From NCBI RefSeq assembly GCF_009914755.1, contig NC_060926.1: a stretch of DNA of 64,000 bases. One strand, written 5' to 3'. Of this stretch, positions 34,608-53,724 are shown piece by piece. Source of the DNA: the human T2T-CHM13v2.0 reference genome, Homo sapiens. Made by a program: the position numbers and the translations under genes. Position 1 is the first letter of the stretch. Every line of letters begins with the position of its first letter. The notes under the pieces are model-generated. The model did not search any database, was not told the DNA's origin, and saw only the letters and a list, made by a program, of their open reading frames with translations.

Positions 34608-34760
34608 TTTTCTTTTTTCTTTTTTTTTTTTTGAGACAGAGTTTCGTATGCTGCCCAGCTGGAGTGCAGTGGTGTGATCTAAGCTTACTGCAACCTCTGC
34701 CTCCTGGGCTCAAGTGATCCTCCCACCTCAGCCTCCCAAAGTGCTGGGGTTATAGTTGGC
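34608..34760 (-). mobile_element. Alu monomer or deleted Alu
   Basis: TSD ACCCTCTCAATTTTC. Confidence 0.8.
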
Positions 34761-34988
34761 CAACCCTCTCAATTTTCAAAGCCAGCAGTGGAATATCTCT
34801 CATATAGAATCTTTTTTACTTGCTCTTCTGCAGCCAGCCAAAGAAAACTTTCTATTTTTAAAGGGCACTTGTGATTAGATTGGGCCCTCCTGGATAATCT
34901 CCCCATTAATAACTCACTACTAACTGATTAGCAACCTTAATTTCATCTACAGAATCTCTCTTGGCACATGATGTAATCGTGGATGTGA

Positions 34989-35332
<344 letters not shown>

Positions 35333-36078
35333 AGGACAGGAAATCTTGGGAGACCATTTTAAAATTCTGCCTACTGTAGTCAGCTAAGAAACTAATACAA
35401 ACCATTCATCCTACTCACTGGTAGTGACTTATTGATATAAATATTACAAACACAAACAAATAGCTATAAATATGTATTATGGCAACATTTGTTATGACTA
35501 AAATTTGACAGAAGAAAACATTCATTCTGCAATTTGTGTCTGCATAGTTTGCTTAAATTGGGAATGGTATTGTTACAAAGCAAACCTTTTGATGATAGAG
35601 ACTTTGTTGAGAAAATCTGATATAGTCAAAAGCAGATTGGGTCTTTATTATAAACTTTACATTAAAAACAATTGAAACGGAAGTTATGTTAGCAAAATAA
35701 ACATGAAAATTGAAAAAAAATAGAAACAGTTTACCTATGGTTTTCAGAAAACTAATTTAAAAAATGTTGACTCATTGAAGTTTGCATTGGAAAAATACTT
35801 TGGTAAAATGTTTATTGGTGTTACACGTTCACAAACGCACACACATATGTACCATATGTACAGTCATAATTCTAGGTGAGGATGGCAGACAGAAGGCTTG
35901 AAGAGTCAGAGAAGTTCAGCCAGCCACATTTTTTTTTAAATTGTATCTGAGCATGTACTATGTATGTTTATATTTTGACACTGCTAGCTGGGTTTTCACT
36001 GGTGGGTGGGATGTGGGGGTATGTTACAGACAACTTTCACTTTCTACTGTATTCACTTCTGGTTTTTGACTATTTTGA

Positions 36079-36377
<299 letters not shown>

Positions 36378-36492
36378 AGTATGTTTCATTTCTATAATAA
36401 AAATGCAGATCGAAAATCTGTGTTGTAGCAGTGATTTAAAATAAAGTGAAATGATTTTTAAAGAGTTTAAAAATAGAGTAAAAATGTCGTAA

Positions 36493-36954
<462 letters not shown>

Positions 36955-37374
36955 TAGAAATAATATTGCTCTGTTCTTGAATCCAATTATTACAATGAAG
37001 GTGATAATTATGTAGAGAGGAATAACTGTGTCAAGGTATTCCTGAATGGTACTGGTGTTATGTTTTAGACCAATCTCAAGATAAACCTTAGCCATTTGGC
37101 CCCACTAGATAGTGTAGGGATCTAAACTAAACTAGATAACCTAAGTTAAATTACCTATTTCTACTCAAGTTGAAGTAGTATGCTGGCTATATTTTTTTCT
37201 GCTAGGTTTCAGTCTTTGGAGGCCTTTGGGATATTGACAGATGAGGAGATAATTGATAAGTAGTGAAGTGGACAGCTAGCATGGCTGAACCACAGAAAAG
37301 AGTAGTGGATTGAGGTTATAGGGTGATAATAGTGAGGATAGTAGTAGAGTAGTATTAGAAGTAAAATCACTGTT

Positions 37375-38085
<711 letters not shown>

Positions 38086-39375
38086 AAAAGAACATTTTCT
38101 AAAGTGTGGTATAGGATGGTAGATTTTGGGTCAAGTTTTATTTTCTGTATCAGCAAAGAAAAAGGAAAGAAAGTAATATTTGAATGCATGTCTCATGCAT
38201 TAAATATATGCCTCTAAGGGCTGTGTTTATTTCCATTTCATAAATGAGAATACTCAGTCCAAGAGAACTAAGTAATTTAATGTTTCAGAGAATTTCTAAA
38301 TGTGGGATTTCAACTCATGTCTGCTTCGTTTTGGGGACCATGTTTTTAAAGTCTTCTCACAGTGTTATATATAATATAATTTAGTCAACATTAAACCTAT
38401 TACGAATAGGTATCCTACCAAGTTGGATAATTTGAAAGAACACCAAAATAAGGAATAATATATGCCAAAAGTTCCTCCCTTCTTGCAGAAGGGTTCAGAC
38501 AGTTTCTGGTTGAAGCAGAGATTAAATACATTGATAAATCAATAGACAGAGTGATCTGGAATAATTGGTAGAAATTGGTTGTAAAATGGTGTTAGGGACA
38601 GATTTTTTTTAGTCTTTTAAACCCACATCTTGATTTGATAGACACAAAAATCATGATATGATATTGGAGATTTCAAAATAAGTATTTCAAAATTAAAACA
38701 GCAGTGATTCTAGGAAGAAAAAACTTAATCTTTAAAACATAGATATTTTTCTGTACCAGTCATATGGTATCAGTGTGGGTGGGGCTACTTATTTATCACC
38801 AGGCTTTTCAGTCCCAAATAGTATGGAAATCTGTGAATTGTTCTGTTTTTATTACCTGAGTGCAATAAAAAAGATTAGCTTTGTAAAATAAGGAGAGGAT
38901 AAAGTTTGCTTATTTTCGGGAGTGAATCAGAAGATGTTCTTCCTCCTCAAATTTTCTAGATTTTTTTTTTGGAAGTTACTCTGTTAACTGAATCAAATTT
39001 GAATGATAAAAACTATCATTTGAGATGTTTTTGCCAACATGGAACATAACTAAGAAAAAATGTTTTTCACATTGTTTCAAGTGGGATTTTCAGGCATGTC
39101 ATTATGAAAGTATTTCCTTAAATCATCTTTCAGAACAAAAATATGGATGAGTATTGCTTTTTTTCCGCCTTATCCTTGAGTGCTTTATTGGGTCAAAGTT
39201 GAAGAAATATTAAAGCACTAATTTGCTTTATCCAGTTTGTTGGATTTTTTTCTTTGTTTGCTTGAAGTATTTTTCTAGACTCTTGATTGCAAATGACAAC
39301 TCAGCTTAAACTAAGCAGAATGACAGTAGAACTGAAGAAATAACCACAAACATAGATAGATGTGGCCACAAAAAT

Positions 39376-39533
39376 TAAGTACTTTCAGGACATTCTCTTA
39401 ATTTCTTAATCTTTCATTTGGGTCTGTTTGTTAGCTTCATTCTCACATACTGTCTAAGTACTTTCAGGACATTCTCTTAGTTTCTTAATCTTTCATGTGG
39501 GTCTGTTTGTTAGCTTCATTCTCACGTACTGTC
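39376..39533. repeat. 79-bp tandem duplication (3 mismatches)
   Basis: TAAGTACTTTCAGGACATTCTCTTA…CATTCTCACRTACTGTC x2. Confidence 0.92.
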
Positions 39534-39697
39534 TAAATCAACAAATCTTTATTGAGTACCTGCTATGTGCTAGCTACTATTTAGTTGCTGGGGAAACAAG
39601 TGATGAAATAAGACATACCAATTTGTTCCAAAGGCTTAAGGGGCAAAAATGAAAAGAGAAATAAGACACATCAAGCTTCTGTCCTCAAGGAGCATAC

Positions 39698-40007
39698 TTT
39701 CTTTTTTCTTTTCTTTCTTTTTTTTTTCTTTTTTTTTGAGATGGAGTCTAGCTTGTCACCCAGTCTAGAGTGCAGTGGCACAGTCTCGGCTCACTGAAAC
39801 CTCTGCCTCCTAAGTTCAGGTGATTTTTAGGCCTCAGCTTCCTGAGTAGGTGGGATTACAGGCGCCTGCCACCATGCCCAGCTAATTTTTGTATTTTTAG
39901 AGACGGGGTTTCATGAAACACGTTGGCCATTCTGGTCTTGAACTTCTGACCTCAAGTGATCCTGCCTCAGCCTCCCAAAGTACTGGGATAAGCCACCGCC
40001 CCCTGGC
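39698..40007 (-). mobile_element. AluS
   Basis: Alu consensus; TSD AAGGAGCATACTTTCT. Confidence 0.9.
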
Positions 40008-40604
40008 CAAGGAGCATACTTTCTAGTGTAGAGACTTTGTCTACATAGCAGGGAACAGGGCCACAGACCATTCAAGACTCATATTTCCGTCTGCAAGACC
40101 CACAAGGCAAGAGGGCTTCTTCTCCACCAACTCCAGCTAGAAAAATTACAGGGAAGGATAATGTTTCATTCTGCGCCCATTTCAGAGTCAGTTACTGCAT
40201 CCAGAAGAATGAATTATTGTTATTAGCTGAGCCTGGTCATGTACTCACCCTGTTAGGGACTAGCATCTGTTACCAAAAGACAGGAAGGTCTGGGGCAAAT
40301 GAGTATACTGGGCAGGCAAAAATAGTGCTACCATGGTGTTTGCATTTTGAAGTTTAATTCCTTGTATTTAAAGCTGCAAATAAATTTGCCAAATATGCAA
40401 AGCTTTACTAATTTTTGAAAGCTTGAAAGTGTTGATCTTTCTCCTTATTTCTAAATCTAAAGTAATTGTGATCTTCAGTTTCATATCCAAAGAGCCAGAC
40501 AAATAACTTAATGATTTAAATATATTGCTTCCCACATAATTCACTGTATTGACAGGAAGGTTGTAGTTTTGTCGATCATAAACACCGTTTTGAGATTAAT
40601 GCTA

Positions 40605-41070
40605 CATGGTGTTTTAATTTGGGTTCCACCAAAAGAAGACCCTGAGACAAGGATTTGTTTGGTTCCAAATAGTTCATTTAAGAATGTTGAAGAAGTAGGA
40701 AAGAGACAGGGAAGGGACAAAAGTTAATAAGCGTGCTTTAATAAGTAGTATACCACACTGGGCAACTGGTCATCAGTCTCGCTGAACTCCCTCTGCTAGA
40801 TTACATAGAGAATATGCCTCTGGATTGTCCCATTGAGGGATAAGACATTTACTACCTCTTGCCCTTCACTGGTTGAAGTTTCTGGGAATAACTCCCAGGC
40901 TCTCTTGCTTGTCCTGCTGCCAAGCTGAGTATGCTCCTTCAGGCAGAGAAAGCTCTGGCAGAGAGGCTCAGATGCTGAGAAATTGTCTGGAGAACTGTTC
41001 ATAGAAACTGCAGGTGTTCTCCACACTGGCTGTGAATGGAAATGGGTGGGACATTGATAGATTCAGCTAT
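40605..41070. mobile_element. Old ERVL LTR (LTR16-like)
   Basis: GGGTTCC…AGACCCTGAGACAAGGATTTG motif; degraded. Confidence 0.5.
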
Positions 41071-41209
41071 GAATGGTGAAATACATTGTATATTCTCAAA
41101 ACAGGTGAATTTTTCCTTTGATTTTGATTAAAATTCCCATATATTGGTAGAGCAGTGTAAGTACCTACCCTAACCATGCCGCTCCCACGCTGGTTCACTT
41201 TATTTGCTT

Positions 41210-41515
41210 TGCATTAGGGTGGTTACCACTGCCTGCTGCAGCAAATCCCAGAAATTGTTGTGACTTAGCAATGGTTTATCATGTTCAATATAGGTTGGGT
41301 GGCTCTCTGGCAGAGCTCTCTTCCAATCAATGACTCAGAGACCCAAGCTGACACTCCACAATCTAAGAGTTTTTTTTCTGTTTAGCCATGTGGATGGGAA
41401 AAATCATGGAGAAAGTACATCAGCTTTAGGTGTGTTAGTTACTTCATTCATAACCTGTGGCCAGACCAGTTGCATGGCTGTGACCTAACTGGAAGGGAAC
41501 CTGGGAATTGTAAGA
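41210..41515 (-). mobile_element. Old MLT1 fragment
   Basis: …GGCCAGACCAGTTGCATGGC…CCTAACTGGAAGGGAACCTGGGAATTGT. Confidence 0.45.
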
Positions 41516-41536
41516 AATTGACCCATTTGACCCTGA

Positions 41537-41941
<405 letters not shown>

Positions 41942-42182
41942 ACTATTTTCTTTTTTTATTTTTATCTCACTATTTCCTTTTACAAACAGTAAAAATAAGG
42001 GCAAGTCATTTAGTTTTTCACAAAATTGAAACTTCACATTCTTATATAAGTCATTAATTTGGCATCTGACAAATGCGGTGGAATTTTCTTAATTTCCTTT
42101 TTAAAGTTTTGACAACATTTGGTATCTATGTATATCATAATTTAGTAAATGTTTATTGAAAGTATAAGATCGGAGGTGACAG

Positions 42183-42491
42183 ACTGGGTGTGGTGGCTCA
42201 TGCCTGTAATCCTAGCACTTTGGGAAGCTGAGATGGGAGGATTGTTTGAGACCAGGAGTTCGTGACCAGCCTGGGCAACATCATGGCAAGGCTTTGTCTC
42301 TACAAAAAATAAAAAAAAATTAGCCAGGCGAGCTGACATGGTGGCATGCACCTGTAGTTCCAGCTACTCTGGAGGATGAGGTGGGCGGATTGCTTGAGCC
42401 TGGAAGGTCGAGGCTACGGTAAACTGCGTTCACGCCACTGCACTCCAGACTGGGCGACAGAGTGAGACCTCATTTCTTTTAAAAAACAAAA
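42183..42491 (+). mobile_element. AluJ
   Basis: Alu consensus. Confidence 0.9.
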
Positions 42492-42819
42492 AGGACTTAA
42501 AGTACCTTTTGAAATATGAGACTTTAGTTCTGTTCACTTTCCATATTTTGCTCCTTTATTGTCACTCTTTGAAAACTGGTGTTAACATATTTTTGGTTGC
42601 AAGTGAGTCTGTTGCAGTTTTGTTTTTTAATTGTTTGCAAAAGAAAGACTACAACGGGAGTCCAGAAGGGAGCTATGGAGTGTTTACAAACTGAAGCAGT
42701 GTGAACTTTGGTTGTAGCTGGCTGATTTTGTGTATGCTAGAGGGCTAAATCCTTAATTCACCATTAAGTAGTTCCTCTTACTGTTTGCTTTGGACTAAAG
42801 TTGCTAGTTCCTGCTCTAG

Positions 42820-44350
<1,531 letters not shown>

Positions 44351-44380
44351 CACTTTCAACTTCTCATTTTTACAAGTTGG

Positions 44381-44900
44381 GGCCGGATGCAGTGGCTCAC
44401 ACTTGTAATCCCAGCCCTTTAGGGGGCTCAGGCAGGAGGATCACTTGAGACCAGGAGTTCAACACCAGCCTGGCCACATAGTGAGACCCCATCTCTACAA
44501 AAAATTTAAAAATTAGCCCAGGCATGGTGGCGCATGCCTGTAGTCTTAGCTACTCAAGAGGCTGAGGTGGGAGGATTGCCTGAGCACAGGAGTTCAAGGT
44601 CATAATGAGTGCCACTACACTCCAGCCTGGACAAAAGAGTAAGACCCTGTCTCTTAAAAAAAAAAAACAACAACAAAAAGCCTGAGCAACAGGTGATTCT
44701 CTGTCTCTACAAAAAATACAAAAATTAGCCGGGTGTGGTGGTGTGCACCTGTGGTCCCAGCTACTTGGGAGGCTGAGGAGGGAGGATCACTTGAGCCCAG
44801 GAGGCAGAGATTGCCGTGAACCAAGATTGTGCCACCGCACTACCGCCTGGGCGACAGAGTGAGACCTTATCTCAAAAAAAAAAAAAAAAAAAAAAAAAAA
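44381..44900 (+). mobile_element. Two tandem AluJ (second 5'-truncated)
   Basis: Alu consensus. Confidence 0.9.
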
Positions 44901-45118
44901 GGCCAAGTGCTACCTCTCTCAGAAAACCTCTGCTTGCTCTTCTAGGTATTTCCTCTCCTCTTTAGTACCCCTCATTTGTGGTGTTTAGCACCTTGGTCAT
45001 ACCTCTAGTGGGAGACAACCTCTGAGATGGCTCCCAGTTGTTCCCACCTTCTGGTGTTCATGCCCTGTGTAATACCCTCCTTTTTAATGTGTGAGCAGAA
45101 CCTAGTGACTCAATTCTA

Positions 45119-45478
<360 letters not shown>

Positions 45479-45806
45479 TTACTGAAAGATTGTCACTTAT
45501 GTATTACTCTTCCCTTCTTACTTGCTTGTTCTGTTGGGGAAGCAACTTGCTACGTTTATATAGTCTTGTAGAGAGGCCCATGTAGCAAGGAACTAGTGTC
45601 TGTGGCCAACAACAGTCAGCACGGGACTGAGGTTTGCCAGTAGCCATATGAATGAACTTGGAAGAAAATCCATTTTAGCCTTGATAACTGCAGCCCCAGC
45701 TGATACCTTGGTTGTATCTCTGTGGTAGACCCTGAGCCAGAGGCATCCAGCTGAATCATACCTGGATTTCTGACACTGAGAATCTATGAGATAATAAATA
45801 TTCCTT

Positions 45807-46109
<303 letters not shown>

Positions 46110-46476
46110 AGATGTTCATTGTTTTAAGCCACTAAGTTTTGGGGTAATTTTTTCTGAAACAGTAGTTAACTGATAAAAATTTCGATGCCTGCAAGAGGGG
46201 TGCTGCCACAGCAAATACATAGAAATGTGGAAGAAGCCTTAGGAGGTTGAAAGAATTTTGTCCGTCATGATACAGAAATTCCCTTGAACAGACTATTGGC
46301 ATAAATCTGGACTTTGAGGAAGCTGGGGTTAAGAACTTAAAAGGTGATGAGAAGCATATTGTTGAAAAACGGAGGAAGGAGAATTCTTATTATGTAGAGG
46401 CAGAAAGCTTAGAAGCACCCTTACCACTAATAGCATGGAAAATAGGAAGCTTGGCTGATGAACTGAGTGTTACTAA

Positions 46477-46796
<320 letters not shown>

Positions 46797-46999
46797 CCCA
46801 AAGAGATTTCTAAGCAAAGTGTGAAAGCTGCCACTGGATTTCTTCTTGCTGCTTATAGTAAAATGCAGGAGGTGCCCTGTGAGTTTTCCTCTAATAGTAT
46901 GGACATACCACTCTTACAGTATTTATCATACTGTGTTATATATACTTAATTTTTTGTATTTCTCGCTAGGCTATGAATTCTGTGAGAGGCCTTCTAACG

Positions 47000-47340
47000 T
47001 GTAGTGGTTTAGATCTTGCTCAGATTCTAAAGAGATTTGCACTCAAGCCTTGGCTCTGTCTCTTACAAACTAAGTGACAAGTTACTTAAGTTTTCCATCC
47101 TCACTTTCTTAATCTGGAGGGTAGGATTAATGATAGTAGAATATAAACTCCTAAAATCTCTGTATTTTTACTTGTGTGCTCACTACTAGCACCTAGAAGA
47201 ATCTGGAGTCATAATAGGTGCTTAATAAATATTTATTGAATTAACGAATTGAGTAATTTCTGCCTCAGATTGTTGGTTTAAATTAGGTAATGCATGGAAG
47301 CAGTTTGCTCAATGCCTAATAAATATGAATTGCTCAGTGT
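47000..47340. mobile_element. MIR with an inserted L2 3' end
   Basis: CACTTTCTTAATCTGGAGGGTAGGATTAATGATAGTA; AATAGGTGCTTAATAAATATTTATTGAAT. Confidence 0.55.
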
Positions 47341-47540
47341 TTGTTGTGTTTAGCTGTTTTTCTCCCTATTATTCATCTAGTCCTTGATGCATAGAAAACC
47401 ATTTCGTGAATAAAACAACTCACAAAGCAAAAGAGTTGTTTGTAGTTCTGGATGATACATCAGGAGTCAGTTTAATTTAAAGTGTGATATATTAATATGA
47501 TATATATTATCATAATCATTATCATATCATGTAATTATAT

Positions 47541-48471
<931 letters not shown>

Positions 48472-49704
48472 ATATCATAATAATATGATACATTAATATT
48501 TGGACATGAAGAGACTTCTATTTCTGGCCATGATGGAGAAATAGTCCCTTCTATGGTAAACAGTGAGAAAATTGGTCAAAAGATATCATCAAACAACTAT
48601 TTTTTAGATATTAGATTACAGGCATTGTGGGAATATTATTTTTGAGAGAAGGGAAACATAGTAAGGTGAGCACTATGATTGCCTTAGATTTCTGCCAGAA
48701 GACACATTTTAGATCACACTGTAGGCAGGGGGAATCTCAGGGCATGATGCCTTGTTGATTTGAGATAGGGATTGGAATTCAGAGAGGTTGCAGTGGCTGG
48801 AAAGAGCTGGACAAAGTTTCAGAGAAGAGGGAACTGTGTAGAAAAAGAGCTCTAGAAATCTGAATAGGTGTTTTCTTTAGCTTTTGCTGAAGGAATATAT
48901 AGAATGTGTGTACAGTGAAACTCCATTAGGCTGGACAAGGAATGACTGAGGAGCTCTATGTTAAGTAATTCCCAGGGTTAGGGAGTTGTTAAGCACTTAC
49001 CAGAGTGCTAAGTTGTTTTTGATCACCCAGTATGTTCAGTGGAGACCCCAAAAGGGCCGTGCCTTAAAAGTGGGGCTAAATTAGCCTAGAGTAAAGGCTA
49101 CTCCCAATCTGTCCAAACAAAACCTTAAAACAAACTTTAAGGATCAAGTTGATGAACAGGTTACTTAACTGACTTTCAGAACAAAGCACAGGAATCTTTC
49201 AAGAATGATAACAAAATCCCGATACTTAAAAACATGATACTGTCTAGCATCCAGTAAAAAATGACTAGAAGCAGGAAAATGTAAACTATAATGAGAAAAC
49301 TAAAGCAGTGGAAACAGACTATGAGATAATAGAGATAATATTATATGACAAAAATTTTTTAAAACTGGCATTATAAATATGTTCAGTATGCTCAGAGATT
49401 TAAAGGAAAACATGAATGTAATGAGAAAAATGAAATATATTGAAAAGAACTGATCAAAATTTCTAAAATGAAATTTAACTGAAATGAAAAATTTACTGAT
49501 TGAGGTTAACAGCAGACAACAGCAGTTTCTTATCTGATGAGAAAGATCAGTGAAGTTGAAAACGGCAGTAGAAACCACACAAAAATTGAATGTAAGAGAA
49601 AGATTAAAAGAAATAATGAACAGAACCTTTGTGATCTGTGTGATAACATGGGCGTGATTGTACTCTCAGAAGAAGAAGAAGGAAGAGCCACAAAAAAAGT
49701 CTGA

Positions 49705-49859
49705 CAAGGGAGAGGGGGGAGGGATAGCATTAGGAGATATACCTAATGCTAAATGACGAGTTAATGGGTGCAGCACACCAACATGGCACATGTATACATA
49801 TGTAACAAACCTGCACTTTGTGCACATGTACCCTATAACTTAAAGTATAATTAAAAAAA
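49705..49859 (+). mobile_element. 5'-truncated L1PA 3' end (about 150 bp)
   Basis: GGGAGGGATAGCATTAGGAGATATACCTAATGCTAAATGACGAGTTAATGGGTGCAGC; TSD AAAAAAAGTCTGA (49692-49704 and 49853-49865). Confidence 0.92.
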
Positions 49860-51187
49860 GTCTGAAGAAATAATGACTGAAAATTTTCCTGACTTTATAA
49901 AAACTATAATCATGCAGCTCCAAGTTCAATTAATCTCAAGCAGAATAAACACAAAGAAGACCATACCAAGGCACCATAATCAGATGGCTGAAAACCAGTG
50001 ATAAAGAGAAAAAAAGTTTTTTAAACAGCTAAAGAAAAACGACATTTTATGTACAGAGAAACAGCCAAAAAAAAGGGCAAATTTCTTGCCAGAAACAATG
50101 TAAGACAGAGCAAAATAGAATTTGGCATTGTTAAAGTGCTAATAGATAAAATGAAACTGTAAACCCAGGTTGAATTTTATACCCAGCAAAAAATCCTTCA
50201 ATATAAAGGCTTTTTATACATACAAAACCTGAGAGTAAATTACACTATAAAAAATGCTAAAGGTAGTTCTTCAGGTGGAAGGAAAATGATCTCTGATAGA
50301 AACTTGGTATACAAAAGAATAAGCACCTGAAATAGTCAATTAATGGTAAGATAAAAGGACTCTTTGGACATTATTTGATTTATTTATGAGTTAATTGCCT
50401 AAAGCAAAATGATAATGTATTGTGTATATATAGACATTATACAATGTCTACATGAAATGAATGACAATAGTAGCACAAAGACAGGAAGCAGCAATGGAAA
50501 TATTAGGCCTAAGAGTCTTATATGTAAAATGATGTATTTTTATTTGAAGATACAGTGTGATAAGTTAAAGATGCATATTATAAAACCCTAGATAGAGCAA
50601 CTAAACAAAAAGTAAAAGAAATATAGCTAATGTGTCAGTAGATTACCAACCAAACCAAGATTATGAAGGAAGAGAAGGGGAAAAAAGAACAAAGAACAGG
50701 TAGAGAAAATGGAAAATAAGCAAGATGATAGGTTGGTATGACCATATAATATTAAATACTTTAACCATTTAAATTAAAATACAGAGATTATCAGACTGGA
50801 TTTAACAAAAAGTAAGATCTAATTATATGACATCTACCAAGACATTAAATATGAAGAAACAGGTTTAAAGTATAAAGATGGAATAAGATGCACTGTACAA
50901 AACTGAGCGTAGGAAAGCTAATATAGTGATTACTGTTTAAGGGAGACTTCAGAGTAAGGCATATTACCAAGAAAAAAGAGGGACATTTCAAAATGACAAG
51001 GGGGTTAATTTATCAATTGTAAGAGTGTTTGCATCGAATAGGAAAAATTCAAAATTCATAAAGCAGTGTTCAACATTTGTTTCCCAGTAATTAATAGTAT
51101 AAGTGGAGAGAAAATCAGAATTTAGAACACTTAATAACATTGTCAACAAATATAACCTAAGTTGCATTGTAGAACACTCAGCGACAG

Positions 51188-52022
51188 TGATAGGGACAGG
51201 AGGCAGGGAAATTCTGGGCAGAAGAGGGTGAGTCCCTGGCGAGGGCCCCGCCCTCAAACTGAAAAAGCCTGGTACTATATGGCCCAGTGTGAGAACTGAC
51301 ATCCCTGTTTGTCCGGTCAGATGTTGCCTTTTCCAAAACCACTCATGGCCTGCCCCGCCCCTCATTCTGTGCCCATAAAAACCCCAGGCCTTGCTGGCAG
51401 AGGGAGGAGAAGCAGCTGGACATTGGAGACTATAGTTGGATGTCAGAAGCAGTTTGACTTCAAAGGGACAGCTTGACAGCGCAGCTTCAGAGAGGATTCT
51501 GGTTGGCTGGACTCCAGGGGAAGAATACCTTCCTGCTCTGTCTCCTTTTCAGCTCCTCTTCACACTGAGAGCCACTTTCATCGGCAATAAAATCTCCCGC
51601 ATTTATCATTTCCTGTTTGTTCGTGTGACCTCATTCCTCCTGGGTGCTGGGCAAGAATTCAGATGCCACGAATGTGGGTGCAAAAGGCTGTCACGCTGAC
51701 CCTCCACTGAGCTGTTAACTCTTAAGCCGTCTGCGGATGGCAAAGTTAAAAGGGTGCTGTAATGTTTCCCCTCGGGCTTCAAGGGTCATGAGCACCCTAC
51801 CCTAGATGGTGTCTTGGGGCTAGTATGGAGTTTGCTCTTGCTGACACCCAAAAGCAGTCGCCCAACCACTGCACTCTCTCACCTGCGCTCCCCCTCCTGC
51901 GAGGGGTGGAGTAACAAGTGAGTGGGAGTTGGCCCCTGCCAATGCCGAAGTGGCTGGCTAGTTCCAGCGCCCATACATCCCTGTTACTGCCTGAGAAGGG
52001 GTCAGGGAAATATCCCGCTTCA
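51188..52022 (+). mobile_element. Solo ERV1 LTR (LTR1 family) inserted in L1M
   Basis: Starts TGATAGGGACAGGAGGCAGGGAAAT, ends CA, 4-bp TSD ACAG; CATAAAA 51374 and AATAAA 51586. Confidence 0.82.
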
Positions 52023-52477
52023 ACAGCACAGTACGTATTCTTTTCAACTGCACCTGGAACATTCACCAGCATAAACTGTATGCTGAGCCATAAAATAAGC
52101 GTCAGTAACTTTAAAGAGAGTGAAATATAGAATATGTTCACTGACCACAACAGAATTAAATTAGAAGTCAGTAACAGAAAGATTCTTGAAAAATCTCAAA
52201 TATTTTTGAAATTAAACTTTTCTAAATAATCCATGGGTCAAAGAAGAAGTTGCAGAATATTTGGAACTGAATGGTAATGAAAGCACATAATATATTTTGT
52301 GGCATACAGTTAAAACGTGTAGAAGAAAATGTTTATAAATGATTATAGTAGGAAGAAAGGTCTAAAATAATAATTTAAGCACCTACCTTAATCTAGAAAG
52401 AGAACTAATTAAACCCAAAGTAAGTAGACAAAAGGAAATCATAAAGGTAACAGAATCCAGTGAATTAGGAAACTGTT

Positions 52478-52790
52478 GGCCAGGTGTAGTGGCTCATGCC
52501 TATAATCCTAGCACTTTGGGAGGCTGAGGCGGGCAGATCACCTGAGGTCAGGAGTTCGAGACCAGCCTGGCTAGCAAGGTGAAACCCCATCTCTGCTAAA
52601 AACACAAAAATTAGCCGGGCGTGGTGGCATGTGCCTGTAATCCCAGGTACTCAGGAGGCTGAGGCAGGAGAATTGCTTGAACCCTGGGAGGCGGAGGGTA
52701 CAGTCAGCCGAGATCACACCACTACACTCCAGCTTGGGCGACAGGGTGAGACTCTGTCTCAAAAAAACAAAAAACCAAAACAAAACAAAA
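52478..52790 (+). mobile_element. AluS
   Basis: Alu consensus. Confidence 0.92.
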
Positions 52791-53297
52791 ACCTGTTTAG
52801 TAGAGGAAATTAGTTAAATCACAGGCAGGTTCTTAGAAAGGATAAATAAAATTGATAAACCTTTAGTTAATTTATGAAGGAAAAAAGATACAAGTTTTAA
52901 ATATCAGGAATGAAAAAGTAGATGTTACTACAGATCGTACATAAAAGGATAATAAAGGAACATTATGGACAACTTTATGCCAATAAATTCAACAAGATGA
53001 AATGGACAAATTCCTTAAAAGAGACAAACTAGCAAAACTGACTCAGGAAGAAATAGAAAACTTGAATATCCCTGTATCTATTTAAAAATTCTTAATTTAA
53101 AATATTCCCAAAATGAAAACTCCAGACCAGATGGCATCAGTCGTGAATTGTGTAAGAGTTTTAAGAAAGAAAAAATACTAATTGCTCATAAACCCTTTAA
53201 GAAAATAGAAGAGATAATACCGTAACTAATTTATGAGGTAGTATTATTCCAATACCAAAGCCACACAGACATTGTAAGAAAACTACAGAACACAAAA

Positions 53298-53598
53298 TTT
53301 TAATTTTTTTTTTTTGGAGACAGGGTCTTGCTCTGTCACCCAGGCTGGAGTGCAGTGGCGCGATCATGGCTCACTGCATCCTTGACCTCCTGGGCTCAAG
53401 CAGTCCTCCCACCTCAGCCTCCCGAGCAGCTGGGATCACAGGCACACGCTACCACACCTGGTTAATTTTTGTATTTTTTGTAGAGACCAGGTTTTGCCAT
53501 GTTGCTCTGGCTGGTCTCGAACTCATGAGCTTAAGCAGTCTGCCTGCCTCAGCCTCCCAAAGTGCTGGGATTACTGGTGTGAGCCACTGCACCTGGCC
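53298..53598 (-). mobile_element. AluJ
   Basis: Alu consensus. Confidence 0.9.
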
Positions 53599-53724
53599 CA
53601 AAACTTCTTGACAAAATATTAGCAAGTTGAATCCAGCAGTATAAATATAATGATGATACATCATGACCAGGTAGAGTTTACCCCAAGTATGCAAGTTTGA
53701 TTTAGTAGTAAAAAAATCAGTATA

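Larger units (their letters stand above)
39280..40335 (-). mobile_element. Old MLT1J/K-like fragments mixed with an L2 end and an Alu
   Basis: TTGCAAATGACAACTCAGCTTAAACTAAGC-type terminus; degraded. Confidence 0.4.
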
